NCBI GenBank assembly: GCA_963768655.1
Contig: CAVYIM010000003.1
Span: forward strand, 576,001-640,000
Direction: 5' to 3'
Length of the DNA: 64,000 nucleotides
DNA from: an uncultured Chloroflexia bacterium
GTDB lineage: Bacteria; Chloroflexota; Limnocylindria; Limnocylindrales; CSP1-4
In this document: positions 51,580 through 62,398 of the stretch, one piece after another
Layout: every line of letters begins with the position of its first letter
Position numbering within the stretch: position 1 is the first letter of the stretch
Program-made: the position numbers and the translations under genes
The notes under the pieces: model-generated
Seen by the model: the letters and a program-made list of their open reading frames with translations, nothing else
Told to the model about the DNA's origin: nothing
Databases searched by the model: none

Positions 51580-52301
51580 ATGTCAGACATCCTGGCCCTC
51601 ATCCGGGAGAGGCGATCCGTCCGAGGTCCCTTCGATCCCGAGCGCCCCGTGTCGATGCCGGACCTGGAGCAGATCCTGGAAGCGGCCCGTTGGTCGCCCA
51701 CCGCTCACAACATGCAGAACTTCGAGATCCTGGTCGTCGATGCCAGGGAGGTGCTGGCCGGACTGGGGGACATCAGCTCGCCGGTCTCGGAGATCTTCAT
51801 CCGGGAGAACTACGCTCAGCTTGCCTTCTCGGAGGAAGAGCTGCGGCGGAGGAAGGTCGGCATCCTTGGCGCGATGTTCCCCGCAGCCTGGAGGACTCCC
51901 GGGGCCGATTTCGAACAGGTTGCCCGTGAGAGTGCGCCCTCGTTCCTGAGAGACACGATCAAGGACAGCCCCACAGTCCTGATCGTGACCTACGATCCCC
52001 GAAAACGAGCCCCTGCCTCGGAAGGCGACGTCCTCGGGTTCATCAGCCTGGGCTGCGTCATGGAGAACATGTGGCTCGTGGCCCAGTCTCTGGGCATAGG
52101 CTGTCAGATCATGAGCGTCTTCAGCGGAGACGCCGTCGAGGAGCAGGTCAAGCAGATCCTCGCCATCCCCGAGTACATGAAGATCGCCTTCGCGGCCCGC
52201 CTGGGCTACCCTGCGGCTCGGCTTTCAAGAATGTGACGGTGCGTCGCGACGTGAAGGACTTCGCGCACCGAAATCGGTTCGGTATCAAGCTAACCGACTG
52301 A
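51580..52301 (+). CDS. nitroreductase family protein (probable frameshift near 52210)
   Basis: IRERRSVR, AARWSPTAHNMQ, ENMWLVAQSLGIG; stop at 52236, with a plausible tail VRRDVKDFAHRNRFG in another frame. Confidence 0.8.
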
Positions 52302-52374
52302 TACGCGCCGTGGCGCGGACCGCGGGCGCCGCACGCCGCGGGGAACCGCCCTCCGCGGGAACCGCCCCGCAGCC

Positions 52375-52986
52375 TCAATCCACGTCCACGCCCGTCTCGT
52401 CCGCCCTACCGGCGAGCTCGCGCAGAGCGGCCGCCGTTATCTGAGTTCGGTTCACCAGCACGAGTCCGAAGTGGCTGATCACCCGCCGATCGGCCAGCGA
52501 GCGCGCCGTCGCCGCCGTCATGGCCACGAAGCGCGGATCGGGTGAATCCACAAACGTGGCGATGTCCGTCTCCGAGAACAGGTAGATCGTCCCCGTCAGC
52601 GTGTGACCCTCGGTGAAGATGACCAGCTCCCTCGGCGCGCGCACCATGGTCGGCCGGTCCATGCCGCCGACGAGTCCCGTTTCGGCCGTGGACACGTCCT
52701 CTTTCTTCTGGCCGATGAAGGTGATCTCGTCCTGGTTGACCATCAGCTCCTCGATCACCATGCCGGTCGGTTCGCCGTTACGTCGCAGGAGCTGGGCGCC
52801 CGTCAGCCGGACGAAGCCGCGGCTGTGGTTGACCAGATCCGACAGGCGAGAGAAACGAAGAAGCGAGATGTCCCCGGAAACCCGCAGATGAGGACCCACG
52901 AGCTCGATCGTCTCGGACCGGTCCTGGCCGACCGGGCCGGGAGGTCCGAGCGGATCGACCGGTCGAGAGTTACCCCAGCCCATCAT
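52375..52986 (-). CDS. hypothetical protein with two related small beta domains (DUF6812-like)
   Basis: RLSDLVN...FVRLTGA...LMVNQDEI and TFVD...FVAMTAA...LVNRTQI. Confidence 0.65.
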   Translation of the reverse strand: MMGWGNSRPVDPLGPPGPVGQDRSETIELVGPHLRVSGDISLLRFSRLSDLVNHSRGFVRLTGAQLLRRNGEPTGMVIEELMVNQDEITFIGQKKEDVSTAETGLVGGMDRPTMVRAPRELVIFTEGHTLTGTIYLFSETDIATFVDSPDPRFVAMTAATARSLADRRVISHFGLVLVNRTQITAAALRELAGRADETGVDVD

Positions 52987-53125
52987 CGCTGCACCCTCCG
53001 ACTGTTTGATACCCGTTGGGCTGACTCGATTGTATTGGGTGCGCAAAGCGCCCCGCGTCGGCGTCCCAAGTATCGCCACATGTCAGCCCGGCCGTCGCGC
53101 CGGCGGTGGAGTGGCGGGATCGGGA

Positions 53126-54005
53126 TCAGGCGGGTCCCGCGCCGCCTGTCGCGCCTGAAGCGGCCGAATTGCCCGTTTCTCCCGAGGCGCCGGATGCGGC
53201 CGAGGCGCCGGATGCGGCCGAGGCGCCGGATGCGGCCGAAGCGGCCGGAAGCTCGAACCAGAGTCGCGCACCGCCGGTCGGCCAATTCTCGGCGCCGGCT
53301 CCACCGCCCTGAGCCTGCGCCAGGGCCTTCACGATCGACAGGTCCAGCCCGCTCGTGCCGGCGGCCCGACTGTGGGACGGGACGGCCTGGAAGAACCGCT
53401 CGAAGATGCGGCGCAGGGCCTCCGGCGGGATGCCCGGCCCGGTGTCCTCGACGGAGATGCGGACTCCGTGCCGGACCGCGCCGCGCCCGGTCGCCACGTC
53501 CCCGGGCGTCGCCGCGAGCCGAACCGTGCCCCCGGCGGGAGTGTGGTGCAGCGTTGTCTACAAGCGCCGTCACGATCTGGCGGGTTCTGTCGGGATCTGC
53601 GTCAACGACGAGACCACCGGGCGCGTCGACGGCCAGCGCCACGCCCAGCGTCGCCGCCCGCGCCTCGAACCCCGCGGCCACGGACGCGAGAGTGGCCCCA
53701 ACGTCAACCGCGCTCCGTTCCAGCGGCAGATGGCCGCCTTCGGCCAGGCTGATCGTGCGCAGGTCGTCCACGACTCGGGCGAGTACGCGTGACTGATCGC
53801 GGATCGTCTCGATGTGGCGCCCCTCCGGCGGGTACACGCCGTCGAGAATCGCGCTCGACGTGGCGTCGATCACCGCCAGCGGCGTCTTGAGCCGATGCGC
53901 GGCGTCCTGCAGGAAGTCGCGCCTCGACTCGTCGGCGCGCTCCAGCTCGCCGGCCATCGAATCGAACGTCCGGCCCAGCTGACCGAACTCGTCGTTCCCG
54001 CGTTG
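53126..54005 (-). pseudogene. sensor histidine kinase remnant
   Basis: HAMP tail DEFGQLGRTFDSMA, altered H-box AHRLKTP, frameshift after LVDNA (~53545), G-box SGLDL; N-terminus absent. Confidence 0.8.
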
Positions 54006-54104
54006 AAGCGACCATGGAGTGCCGATGGAGGGTGAGTGGAGGTTGGGTGGAGTGTTCACCAGGCCGGACACATCATGAAGATTGGGCTCAGTTACGCTTG
54101 CGGC

Positions 54105-54539
54105 ATGGAAGTCCTGATCCGCGATGCGGTCGAATCGGACGCCGAGGCGATCTCGCCGCTGCTTGTCCAGCTGATGCACGAACCGTCCACGGCCGAACAG
54201 GTCAGGGCGCGCCTGCGACGTCTGGGCGAAACGGGCTTTGACCGCGTGCTCGTCGCCGTCGCGGAGGGGCGGGTGGTCGGCCTAGCCGGGCTGCACGTCG
54301 CCTGGATGGTCCACCTGGACCGGCCCACCGCGCGGCTGATGAGCCTTGTCGTGGACGAGAGCTGCCGGGGAGGCGGGATCGGGCGGCGACTCGTCGAGGC
54401 GAGCTGCGAGCAGGCCCGGGAATGGGGCTGCGACCGCCTGGAGCTGACCAGCCGGCTGACGCGAACCGGCGCGCACTCCTTCTACGAGAGCGTCGGCTTC
54501 GAGCACACGTCGAAACGCTTCTCGATGCCGCTCCGGTGA
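54105..54539 (+). CDS. GNAT acetyltransferase
   Basis: LVVDESCRGGGIGRRLV, AHSFYESVGF. Confidence 0.9.
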   Translation: MEVLIRDAVESDAEAISPLLVQLMHEPSTAEQVRARLRRLGETGFDRVLVAVAEGRVVGLAGLHVAWMVHLDRPTARLMSLVVDESCRGGGIGRRLVEASCEQAREWGCDRLELTSRLTRTGAHSFYESVGFEHTSKRFSMPLR

Positions 54540-54939
54540 ACCAGTCGCCCGATCGTCGGCGGCCCGGCTTCGCGTAGCCGCTCGCGGGCCGCCCGGTCGG
54601 GTATCGAGTCCCCGCCGGAGGCGGCCCGAACCCCGTTTCTTGCAGCTACGCCTGCCAGGCGTGTTGTCCGCGAACGGACGCGGTTCGGAGGCGCCGGACG
54701 GCGTGTGGAGGGCACGATCCACGCTCAGCCAGGGGCGTCAAGGCTACCCGATCCGCCGGCGCCCGGCGTCCGGAAGGCGGCGTCCGCATCCAACCCGCCC
54801 ACCAGGCGTGGATGACGGAAACGACGGCGTCTTCGGCGGCCGTCGGGCATCCGCGCCGCCCCGGCCGCCCCAGGGCGGAAGATGAGGCCCCGATGATCGA
54901 GATGGGTTGCCTGCCTCTCGGGGGCTGGTCCCGCCAGAG

Positions 54940-55602
54940 CTAGGCGCGCCTGGCGAACTCGGCCACGAAGCGTGGAACCGGCGGATCTCCGGGCTCGAGG
55001 ATCTCGTCCAGGCGGGCCAGCTCCAGGCCGGGCCCAACGAAGTAGTCCAACTCGTCGCGGGTGAGCGGCCATGGCATCAGGCCCTCCGGGTCCTGCGGCC
55101 GGCGGCTCCGGGCCACGACGAGCAGGGTTCCGCCGGGGGCGACCGAACCGCCGATCGAGTGGGCGCAGGCCGCCCGAGCCTCGCCGTGCAGAACCTGGAT
55201 CGTGTAGGCCTCGAACACGAAGTCGAAGGCGCGCGACCAGCCGGGCGGCGGGGAGAGCACGTCGGCCACTTCGTAGCGCACGCTCGAATCGGGGAAGCGG
55301 GCGCGGCAGCGGGCGATCGCGGTTGGCGCGACGTCGAAGGCGGTCACTTCCAGGCCGGTGGTGGCCAGCAGCTCGGCGTCGTCACCGTAGCCGCAGCCGA
55401 CCACGAGAGCCCTGCCGCTCGGCGGAGCCGGCCGGCGCTGGAGCCATTCCACCAGGTAAGGGTTCGGTTCGAGATCGACCCAGGAGATGCGAAAGCCATC
55501 TCGTTCCGACTCTGCGTACAGCGTCTCGAACCAGCCGATCACGTCCCCACGAGCGATCGCATCGCGGGCGAGTTCTCGGGCGTGGGCTCGCGGGTCGGAC
55601 AC
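54940..55602 (-). CDS. class I SAM-dependent methyltransferase (TPMT-like)
   Basis: GWFETLY, ALVVGCGYGDDA, FDFVFE. Confidence 0.88.
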   Translation of the reverse strand: MSDPRAHARELARDAIARGDVIGWFETLYAESERDGFRISWVDLEPNPYLVEWLQRRPAPPSGRALVVGCGYGDDAELLATTGLEVTAFDVAPTAIARCRARFPDSSVRYEVADVLSPPPGWSRAFDFVFEAYTIQVLHGEARAACAHSIGGSVAPGGTLLVVARSRRPQDPEGLMPWPLTRDELDYFVGPGLELARLDEILEPGDPPVPRFVAEFARRA

Positions 55603-55672
55603 TTGCGCCTCCGAATCAGAAGCGCCAGGTCAGGCGACCTGGCGCTTGCGGACTTCGAATGTGGGACCGAGC

Positions 55673-56530
55673 CTAGGGCTTCTTGGCTGCCGGCTTGACC
55701 GGAGCCTTCTCCTTGGCCGCCGGTTTCTCGGGCTTGGCTGCCGGCTTGGCCGGAGCCTTCTCCTTGGTCGCCGCTTTCTCGGGCTTGGCGGCGGGCTTGG
55801 CCGGCTTGGCGGCGGGCTTGGCCGCCGGTTTCTCGGGCTTGGCGGCGGGCTTGGCCGCCGGCTTGGCGGCGGGCTTTGCCGCCGGCTTGGTCGCCGCTTT
55901 CTCGGGCTTGGCCGCCGCTTTCTCGGGCTTGGCCGCCGGCTTGGCTGCCTTCGGGGCGGCTGCCTTCGGGGCGGCTGCCTTCGGGGCGGCTGCCTTCGGG
56001 GCGGCTGCCTTCGGGGCAGCTTTCGCCTTGACCGGCGTCTCGAGCTGCGCCGCTGCCGCCGCGCTGGCGGCCTCGGCTCGAGCGGTCTTGGACAACGCAG
56101 CGCGGGCCTTGCCGGCGGCTGTCTGCGGTCCCTTGGCCTTGGTGGCCTTGCCGGAGGCGATGCGAGTTCGAGCGGCCTTGACCGAGGCGGCCGTGCCGGT
56201 TGTCTTGGCGACACGTCCGGTCGTCTGGACGGACTCGCCGGCCTCGAGGGCATTGAGCCTCAGAGCCAGGCGCGACTTGCGGCGCGCGGCATTGTTGGGG
56301 TGGATCGCCCCGACCTTGGCGGCCTTGTCGAGAGCGCTCATCGCCTGCGCCAACGCTTCGGCGGTATCGCCTTCGGCAGCGCCGGTCGCGACCTTGACGG
56401 CATGGGTCGCATATGTCTTCGCCGCGCTGCGGCGCGGCTGATTGATGGCCCGCCGGCGCTCTGCCTGGCGAACCCGCTTGATCGCTGACGGCGTGCGGGC
56501 GCCGGTCCAGCCTCGGGGCGTCTTGGCCAA
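55673..56530 (-). CDS. rpsT: 30S ribosomal protein S20 with long Lys/Ala/Pro tail
   Basis: SAIKRVRQAERRR.IN..RRS, LDKAAKVGAIHPNNAARRKSRL; divergent from lepA. Confidence 0.92.
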   Translation of the reverse strand: MAKTPRGWTGARTPSAIKRVRQAERRRAINQPRRSAAKTYATHAVKVATGAAEGDTAEALAQAMSALDKAAKVGAIHPNNAARRKSRLALRLNALEAGESVQTTGRVAKTTGTAASVKAARTRIASGKATKAKGPQTAAGKARAALSKTARAEAASAAAAAQLETPVKAKAAPKAAAPKAAAPKAAAPKAAAPKAAKPAAKPEKAAAKPEKAATKPAAKPAAKPAAKPAAKPEKPAAKPAAKPAKPAAKPEKAATKEKAPAKPAAKPEKPAAKEKAPVKPAAKKP

Positions 56531-56657
56531 AGTTCGAAGACCTCTATGCTGCAACGGAAACGGCAGGCGCGCAGAGTGGGCGCCAGCCGGCGCGACGCTT
56601 GATGGTACCAGAGTCCGCGCGACACGCGTGCGAGCAGATACGCGCGCGAGCTTTTAC

Positions 56658-56801
56658 TCATGCGCACCGCGGTCGATGCTGCCTGGCACTCGTTCCGTTG
56701 ACGAGGAGCGCCAGGCCTTCGAGCAGCAAGAGCACGCCGAGGAGGCCGGCGAGCACCGCCAGGATCGCCACGCCGGTGGGACGGTCCATCCCGTTCTCCA
56801 T
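56658..56801 (-). CDS. small membrane ORF (possibly truncated)
   Basis: RBS GGAGG; [29 protein letters not shown]. Confidence 0.45.
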   Translation of the reverse strand: MENGMDRPTGVAILAVLAGLLGVLLLLEGLALLVNGTSARQHRPRCA

Positions 56802-56914
56802 CTGTATGCCCTCCGCTACCCAATGGTGAACGCGGATACGATAGTCGCCCGAAGCCCTCTGCGGCGCTTCTCGGCGTGGCCCTTTGCGCGCACCGCCCCG
56901 CTACACTCCCACCC

Positions 56915-58726
56915 GTGACCATACCTCAATCTCGCCTGCGCAACTTCAGCATCATCGCCCACATCGACCACGGCAAGACGACGCTCTCGGACCGGCTGCT
57001 GGAGCTGACGCACACCATCGAACCGCGCCAGATGACGAGCCAGATGCTCGACTCCATGGACCTGGAGAAAGAGCACGGGATCACGATCAAGGCCCGGGCG
57101 GTCCGCCTCGAGTACACGGCCTCCGACGGCCTGGTCTACGGCCTCAACCTCATCGACACACCCGGCCATGTCGACTTCAGCTACGAGGTCAGCCGCAGCC
57201 TCCAAGCGTGCGAAGGCGCCATCCTGGTCATCGACGCGACGCAGGGGATCGAGGCTCAGACGCTGGCCAACGTCCATCTCGCCCTCAAGCAGAACCTGAC
57301 GATCATCCCCGTTCTGAACAAGATCGACCTGCCGTCCGCCCAGATCGACGTCGTCATCGATGAGCTCGAGAACGTCCTGGCCATGCCGCGGGAAGAGGTG
57401 CTGCTCGCCTCGGCCAAGGACGGGACCGGCGTGCCGGAGATCCTCGAGGCGATCGTGCAGCGCGTGCCGCCGCCGAAGGGCGACCCGGATGCGCCGCTCC
57501 AGGGCCTCATCTTCGACTCGCACTACGACCCCTACAAGGGTGTCGTCGTCTACATCCGTCTCGCCCAGGGAACGCTCCACCAGCACGACATCATTCGGCT
57601 CATGGGCTCGGGCGCGGAGGCCGAGCTCGTCGAGCTCGGCTTCTTCCGGCCGCAGCTCGTGCCCGTGCTCGAGCTGCACGCGGGCGACGTCGGCTACGTG
57701 GCGACCGGCCTCAAGAGCGTCCGCGACGCGCAGGTCGGCGATACGATCACGACCGTGGGCCATCCGGCCGAGCATCCGTTGCCGGGTTATCAGCCAGCCA
57801 AGAGCCTGGTTTTCGCCGGCATCTACCCCATCGTCGGGTCCGACTACCCGCTGTTGCGCGATGCCATGGAGAAGCTCCACCTCAACGACGCCAGCTTCAG
57901 CTTCGAGCCCGAGAGCTCGGTCGCCCTGGGGTTCGGATTCCGATGCGGCTTCCTCGGCCTGCTTCACATGGAGATCGTCGAGGAGCGCCTGGAGCGCGAG
58001 TTCGGCCAGGAGCTGATCGCCTCGGCGCCTTCGGTCCAGTACAAGGTCGTGCTCATGCACGGCCAGGGAACGGTCGACGTGGACAATCCGTCCAAGATGC
58101 CGGATGCCGGCGTGATCGAGGAGATCCAGGAACCCTGGGTCAAGCTCGGCATCGTCACTCCGTCCAGCTACATAGGGACTCTGATGGAGCTGGCCAAGAA
58201 CCGGCGCGGCACCTTCCTCGAGATGGAGTATCTGGACCCCAAGCGCGTCCTGCTCAACTTCGAGCTGCCGCTGGCCGAGGTGATCGTCGACTTCTACGAT
58301 CAGCTCAAGACACGCACGCAGGGCTACGCGTCTATGGACTTCGAGGAGATTGGCTACCGGGCGGCCAACCTGGTCAAGGTCGACGTCCTTGTCGCCGGCG
58401 ATCCGGTCGATGCGTTGTCGGTGATCGTGCATCGCGACCGGGCTCAGGCGATCGGGCGCGAGCTGGTCCACCGGCTGCGCGGCCTGATCCCGCGCCAGAT
58501 GTTCGATGTCGCCGTCCAGGCCGCGATCGGCTCCAACGTCATCGCCCGCGAAACCGTCGTCGCCATGCGCAAGAACGTCCTCGCGAAATGCTATGGCGGT
58601 GACATCACTCGCAAGCGTAAGCTGCTGGAGAAGCAGAAAGAGGGGAAGCAGCGGATGAAGCGGGTGGGATCCGTGGAGATACCCCAGGAGGCCTTCCTGG
58701 CGGTTCTCCGAATGGACGAGGTATGA
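56915..58726 (+). CDS. lepA: elongation factor 4
   Basis: [53 protein letters not shown]. Confidence 0.98.
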   Translation: MTIPQSRLRNFSIIAHIDHGKTTLSDRLLELTHTIEPRQMTSQMLDSMDLEKEHGITIKARAVRLEYTASDGLVYGLNLIDTPGHVDFSYEVSRSLQACEGAILVIDATQGIEAQTLANVHLALKQNLTIIPVLNKIDLPSAQIDVVIDELENVLAMPREEVLLASAKDGTGVPEILEAIVQRVPPPKGDPDAPLQGLIFDSHYDPYKGVVVYIRLAQGTLHQHDIIRLMGSGAEAELVELGFFRPQLVPVLELHAGDVGYVATGLKSVRDAQVGDTITTVGHPAEHPLPGYQPAKSLVFAGIYPIVGSDYPLLRDAMEKLHLNDASFSFEPESSVALGFGFRCGFLGLLHMEIVEERLEREFGQELIASAPSVQYKVVLMHGQGTVDVDNPSKMPDAGVIEEIQEPWVKLGIVTPSSYIGTLMELAKNRRGTFLEMEYLDPKRVLLNFELPLAEVIVDFYDQLKTRTQGYASMDFEEIGYRAANLVKVDVLVAGDPVDALSVIVHRDRAQAIGRELVHRLRGLIPRQMFDVAVQAAIGSNVIARETVVAMRKNVLAKCYGGDITRKRKLLEKQKEGKQRMKRVGSVEIPQEAFLAVLRMDEV

Positions 58727-59490
58727 CGTCCGACCAGTTCCGGATCCTCGTCGCCGTCGTCCTGTTGCTGACGCTGATCCTGCTCCGGCTCCAGGCCGAA
58801 TCGTTCGGCGCGGCCGAGTACGACGAGCCGAACAACCGCTATCACCGCGGGTTCTGGACGCGCCTCGCCTGGTACGCGCTTGGGCTGGCGCTTCTGGCGG
58901 CGATCTACTCCGTCCACCCCGAGCCGCACGACGTTCTCTATCTGGTCCTCGGGAAGAAGGTCGATGTCCTGACCTTCGGGCTGTCCTTGGCCGCGATCGG
59001 CGCAGCCCAGGCGGCGGTATTCGCGTGGCTCCGATACGGCCGTTTGCGGTTGCCGGCGCCGTCGGCCTACCCGGGGGCGGCGATCAACTCGATCGTCACA
59101 GCGGTCATCGACGAGGCCGCCTTCCGGGGCGCTGTTCAGGGCATGCTTCTCGCCGCGGGCATGCCGGATGGCAGCTCGATCCTCGTCCAGGCGATCATCT
59201 ACACGCTGGCCACGCGCATGGGTGCGCCGGGCCGGCATCGCTACATGCTCCTGCTCACGTTCGGGATCGGTGTGGCCTGCGGTTGGGCCACGCTCCGCAC
59301 GGGCGGCATCGGGGCGGCGATCCTGGCTCACTCGCTGACTTCGTTCGCCCTGTTCGTTTGCACAGGTCACGCTGGTCAGGTGCGCCGCGGCGCAGAGCCG
59401 GACGAGATGGACGCTCTCCGCAGGCCTGAGGGCTGGCTCGACGCGCGACGACCCGACGAGGCTTCCGGCCGTACCGACGCCGGCTCGTAG
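58723..59490 (+). CDS. CPBP (CAAX/Abi) intramembrane metalloprotease-like protein
   Basis: [19 protein letters not shown]; multiple TMs. Confidence 0.8.
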   Translation: MTSDQFRILVAVVLLLTLILLRLQAESFGAAEYDEPNNRYHRGFWTRLAWYALGLALLAAIYSVHPEPHDVLYLVLGKKVDVLTFGLSLAAIGAAQAAVFAWLRYGRLRLPAPSAYPGAAINSIVTAVIDEAAFRGAVQGMLLAAGMPDGSSILVQAIIYTLATRMGAPGRHRYMLLLTFGIGVACGWATLRTGGIGAAILAHSLTSFALFVCTGHAGQVRRGAEPDEMDALRRPEGWLDARRPDEASGRTDAGS

Positions 59491-59584
59491 CGGTCCACCG
59501 CCGGTCGGCGCCGCCGCATCGAACTGCCGCCGCCGGTCCGAGCCCGCTCGTGCCGGGCCGGCGCGAGCGGGCTACGCTCTGCGG

Positions 59585-60811
59585 GTGAGCACGCCACAAC
59601 CGCCCGTCGCGCTGTACGTCCATCTGCCCTTCTGCGTGGCCCGTTGCCCCTACTGCGACTTCGTCGTTTATGCCGGCGGCGAGGCGCGAGGACCTCGAGC
59701 GAGGACAGAGCGACTGTACGAAGCAGTCGGCCGCGAGCTGGAGCTACGCGCCGACGCTCTCGACGACCGGTTCGGGTCCGTGAGGCCGCCGCTGCAGACG
59801 CTCTACTTCGGCGGCGGCACACCGTCCCTCGTCCCGGGGGAGTGGCTGGCGCGCCTGATGGCGATCGTGCGGCGTCGCTACGGGCTCGCGCCCGGGGCCG
59901 AGGTCACGCTCGAAGCCAACCCGGGCCCCGACGAGCGGGGCGATCTCGCAGGCTTCGCCGCGATGGGAGTGAACCGCGTCTCGTTCGGTGCGCAGAGTAT
60001 GAACGGCGGGGACTTGCGGCGCCTCGGCCGGCGCCACTCCCCGGCGGACGTGGCGACGGCGGTGGCGCAGGCTCGCGCAGGCGGCCTCGGCTCGGTCAGC
60101 CTGGACCTCCTGTACGACGTCCCGGGGCAGTCGGTCGCGAGCTGGGAGTCGACTTTGCGGGCGGCGCTCGCGCTCCGTCCGGACCACCTCTCGCTCTACG
60201 CCCTCACGCTCGACGACCCCGATGCCGAGGGCCTCACCGGCGAAACGGGCGACCACCTCCCAACCTCGGCGGGCGCAAGGCGCTGGCGCGAGGCGGCCCG
60301 CCGTGAGCAGGACGACGATCGAGCCGCCGAGCAGTACGGTGTCGCCTCGAACCTGCTGGCAGCGGCCGGGTGGCGAGGCTACGAAATCTCCAACTGGGCG
60401 CGGCCGGGCCACGAGAGCCGCCACAACCTGACCTACTGGGAGCGCCGCCCATATGAGGCGGTGGGCCCCGGGGCTCACGCCTTCGACGGCGCGGTCCGGT
60501 GCTGGAACGGGGCCGCTCTGGAGGGGTACATCGCCGCGCTCCTCCCTGCGGCGGGGAACGGGGCTGTGCCACCGGGCGATTGCGAGATCATCTCGCCCGA
60601 GACGGCCGCAGCGGAACGTTCGATCCTGGCGTTGCGGCTGGATCGAGGAGTGCCTGCATCGTGGGCCGACGAGCCGTCAGCGGCGGACGCCTTCGAGTGG
60701 GGGCGATCCTCCGGGCTGCTGGAGGCCGTCGAATTCGACGGCGAAGCCCGTCTGCGCCTCACCCTTCGCGGTCGTCTCCTGAGCAACGAGTTGTTCGCAC
60801 GACTTCTGTGA
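59585..60811 (+). CDS. hemW: radical SAM heme chaperone HemW
   Basis: LYVHLPFCVARCPYCDF, YFGGGTPS, YEISNW, SRHNLTYW. Confidence 0.9.
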   Translation: MSTPQPPVALYVHLPFCVARCPYCDFVVYAGGEARGPRARTERLYEAVGRELELRADALDDRFGSVRPPLQTLYFGGGTPSLVPGEWLARLMAIVRRRYGLAPGAEVTLEANPGPDERGDLAGFAAMGVNRVSFGAQSMNGGDLRRLGRRHSPADVATAVAQARAGGLGSVSLDLLYDVPGQSVASWESTLRAALALRPDHLSLYALTLDDPDAEGLTGETGDHLPTSAGARRWREAARREQDDDRAAEQYGVASNLLAAAGWRGYEISNWARPGHESRHNLTYWERRPYEAVGPGAHAFDGAVRCWNGAALEGYIAALLPAAGNGAVPPGDCEIISPETAAAERSILALRLDRGVPASWADEPSAADAFEWGRSSGLLEAVEFDGEARLRLTLRGRLLSNELFARLL

Positions 60812-60974
60812 AATGCGCCTTTGGAGCCGGCGCCCGCCAGGGCTGACGAGATGGCGCTATGGGCCGACCACGGCGCCTGTACCGCCCTGCGCAACCGTGT
60901 CGTTGTGGTTTGTTGTTTAACACGCTATTCTTTGGTCATTCATTCCTCGGGCCCAACGAGGAAACTTCGAAGCC

Positions 60975-62273
60975 ATGATCAAGAGTCGCGCAGGCGAGAT
61001 CGCGCAGTCGGAGATCAGGCGCAACAACCTCAGCAGGATGCTCGAGGCGCTCCATCTTCAGGGCTCACTCTCTCGTTCCGAGTTGTCTGCCTGTTTGCAC
61101 CTGAATCGCAGCACTGTGGCATCGCTGATCGCCGAACTGGCGGCACGAGGCCTCGTGTGGGAGCGCTCCCGTGACAAGCCCGCGCCCCAGCCCACGCCCG
61201 GGCGTCCCTCTCCCGTCGTCGAGATCTGCCGTGAGGGCCCGGCCGCCCTGGCTCTCGAGCTGTCCACCGACTGGATCCGGGCCGCAGTGATCGGGCTGGG
61301 TGCCAACGTCGCCGTCTCGGTCAGCAAGGATCTGTCGCTCGCTTCGTCCACGCCGGAGGAGGCGCTGGACGAGGCTCATAGTCTCGTAGGGCCTATGCTT
61401 GCACAGCTCGATCATGGGCCACGCGTGGCCGCGATCGGGGTCTCGGCGCCGGGCGCCGTTCGAGCTGACGACGGTTATGTTTATCACGCGCCCAACCTTG
61501 GCTGGAGGGACGTTCCACTGGGTTCCTTGATCCGCAGCAGGTTCTCCGACCTGGGACTACCCGTGTTCGTCGGCAACGACGCCGACCTCGCCGCGTCCGC
61601 GGAGCACTTGCGAGGCTCGGGTCGGGGAACGGCGGATTTCATCTGCCTCTGGGGTGAAGGCGGCATCGGAGCCGGGATAGTGGTCGGCGGCCAGTCCCTG
61701 GCCGGGGCTGCCGGCTACGCCGGCGAGGTCGGACACATGGCCGTCGACCCTGAAGGCGCCGAATGTCGCTGCGGCTCACACGGCTGCTGGGAAACCGTGG
61801 TCGGCGAGGAGGCGCTTCTGCGCCGGTCCGGGCGCGACCCAAAGGGTGGCAGCGCGGCGGTCGCGGATCTGCTCCAGGCCGCGGAAGAGGGCGAAGGTGG
61901 GGCGCTCGCGGCCATCGCCGAGTCGGGCCGATGGCTGGGGATCGGGATCGCCGGACTCGTGAACGTTTTCAATCCCTCGCGGGTAGCGCTGGGTGGGCTC
62001 TACGCTCGCATCGATCCATATGCCCACGAAGCACTCGTGCATGAGCTCGGCTGCCGAGCGATGCCCGCGCCTCGTGCTATGGTTGAGTTGACGACAGCGT
62101 CGCTGGGTGCCGACGCGCTTCTGCTCGGCGCCGCCGAGCTCGCGCTGGCTCCCATTATTCGCGACCCAGCCACCGTCCCGCTGCCAGGCAATGCGGCAGC
62201 CATGAGTTCGCGGCGGCGCCCCCGTCCAGCCTCGTATACGTGGACGTTGACGCCGGCCGAGGCAAGGAGGTGA
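60975..62273 (+). CDS. ROK family transcriptional regulator
   Basis: N-terminal HTH SRSELS...LNRSTV, GRPS, GEVGH, CRCGSHGCWE. Confidence 0.92.
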   Translation: MIKSRAGEIAQSEIRRNNLSRMLEALHLQGSLSRSELSACLHLNRSTVASLIAELAARGLVWERSRDKPAPQPTPGRPSPVVEICREGPAALALELSTDWIRAAVIGLGANVAVSVSKDLSLASSTPEEALDEAHSLVGPMLAQLDHGPRVAAIGVSAPGAVRADDGYVYHAPNLGWRDVPLGSLIRSRFSDLGLPVFVGNDADLAASAEHLRGSGRGTADFICLWGEGGIGAGIVVGGQSLAGAAGYAGEVGHMAVDPEGAECRCGSHGCWETVVGEEALLRRSGRDPKGGSAAVADLLQAAEEGEGGALAAIAESGRWLGIGIAGLVNVFNPSRVALGGLYARIDPYAHEALVHELGCRAMPAPRAMVELTTASLGADALLLGAAELALAPIIRDPATVPLPGNAAAMSSRRRPRPASYTWTLTPAEARR

Positions 62274-62398
62274 TAGCCAGCGTGACTTCAGGGCGGCTGC
62301 CCCTGACCCATCTTTTGGAAGCCCTCCGCCGCCGCGGCCGATAGGGAGCCGCGGGGCGGCGGAGACAATTGCTTCACTAGTGACGGAGGAGTCCCAAT

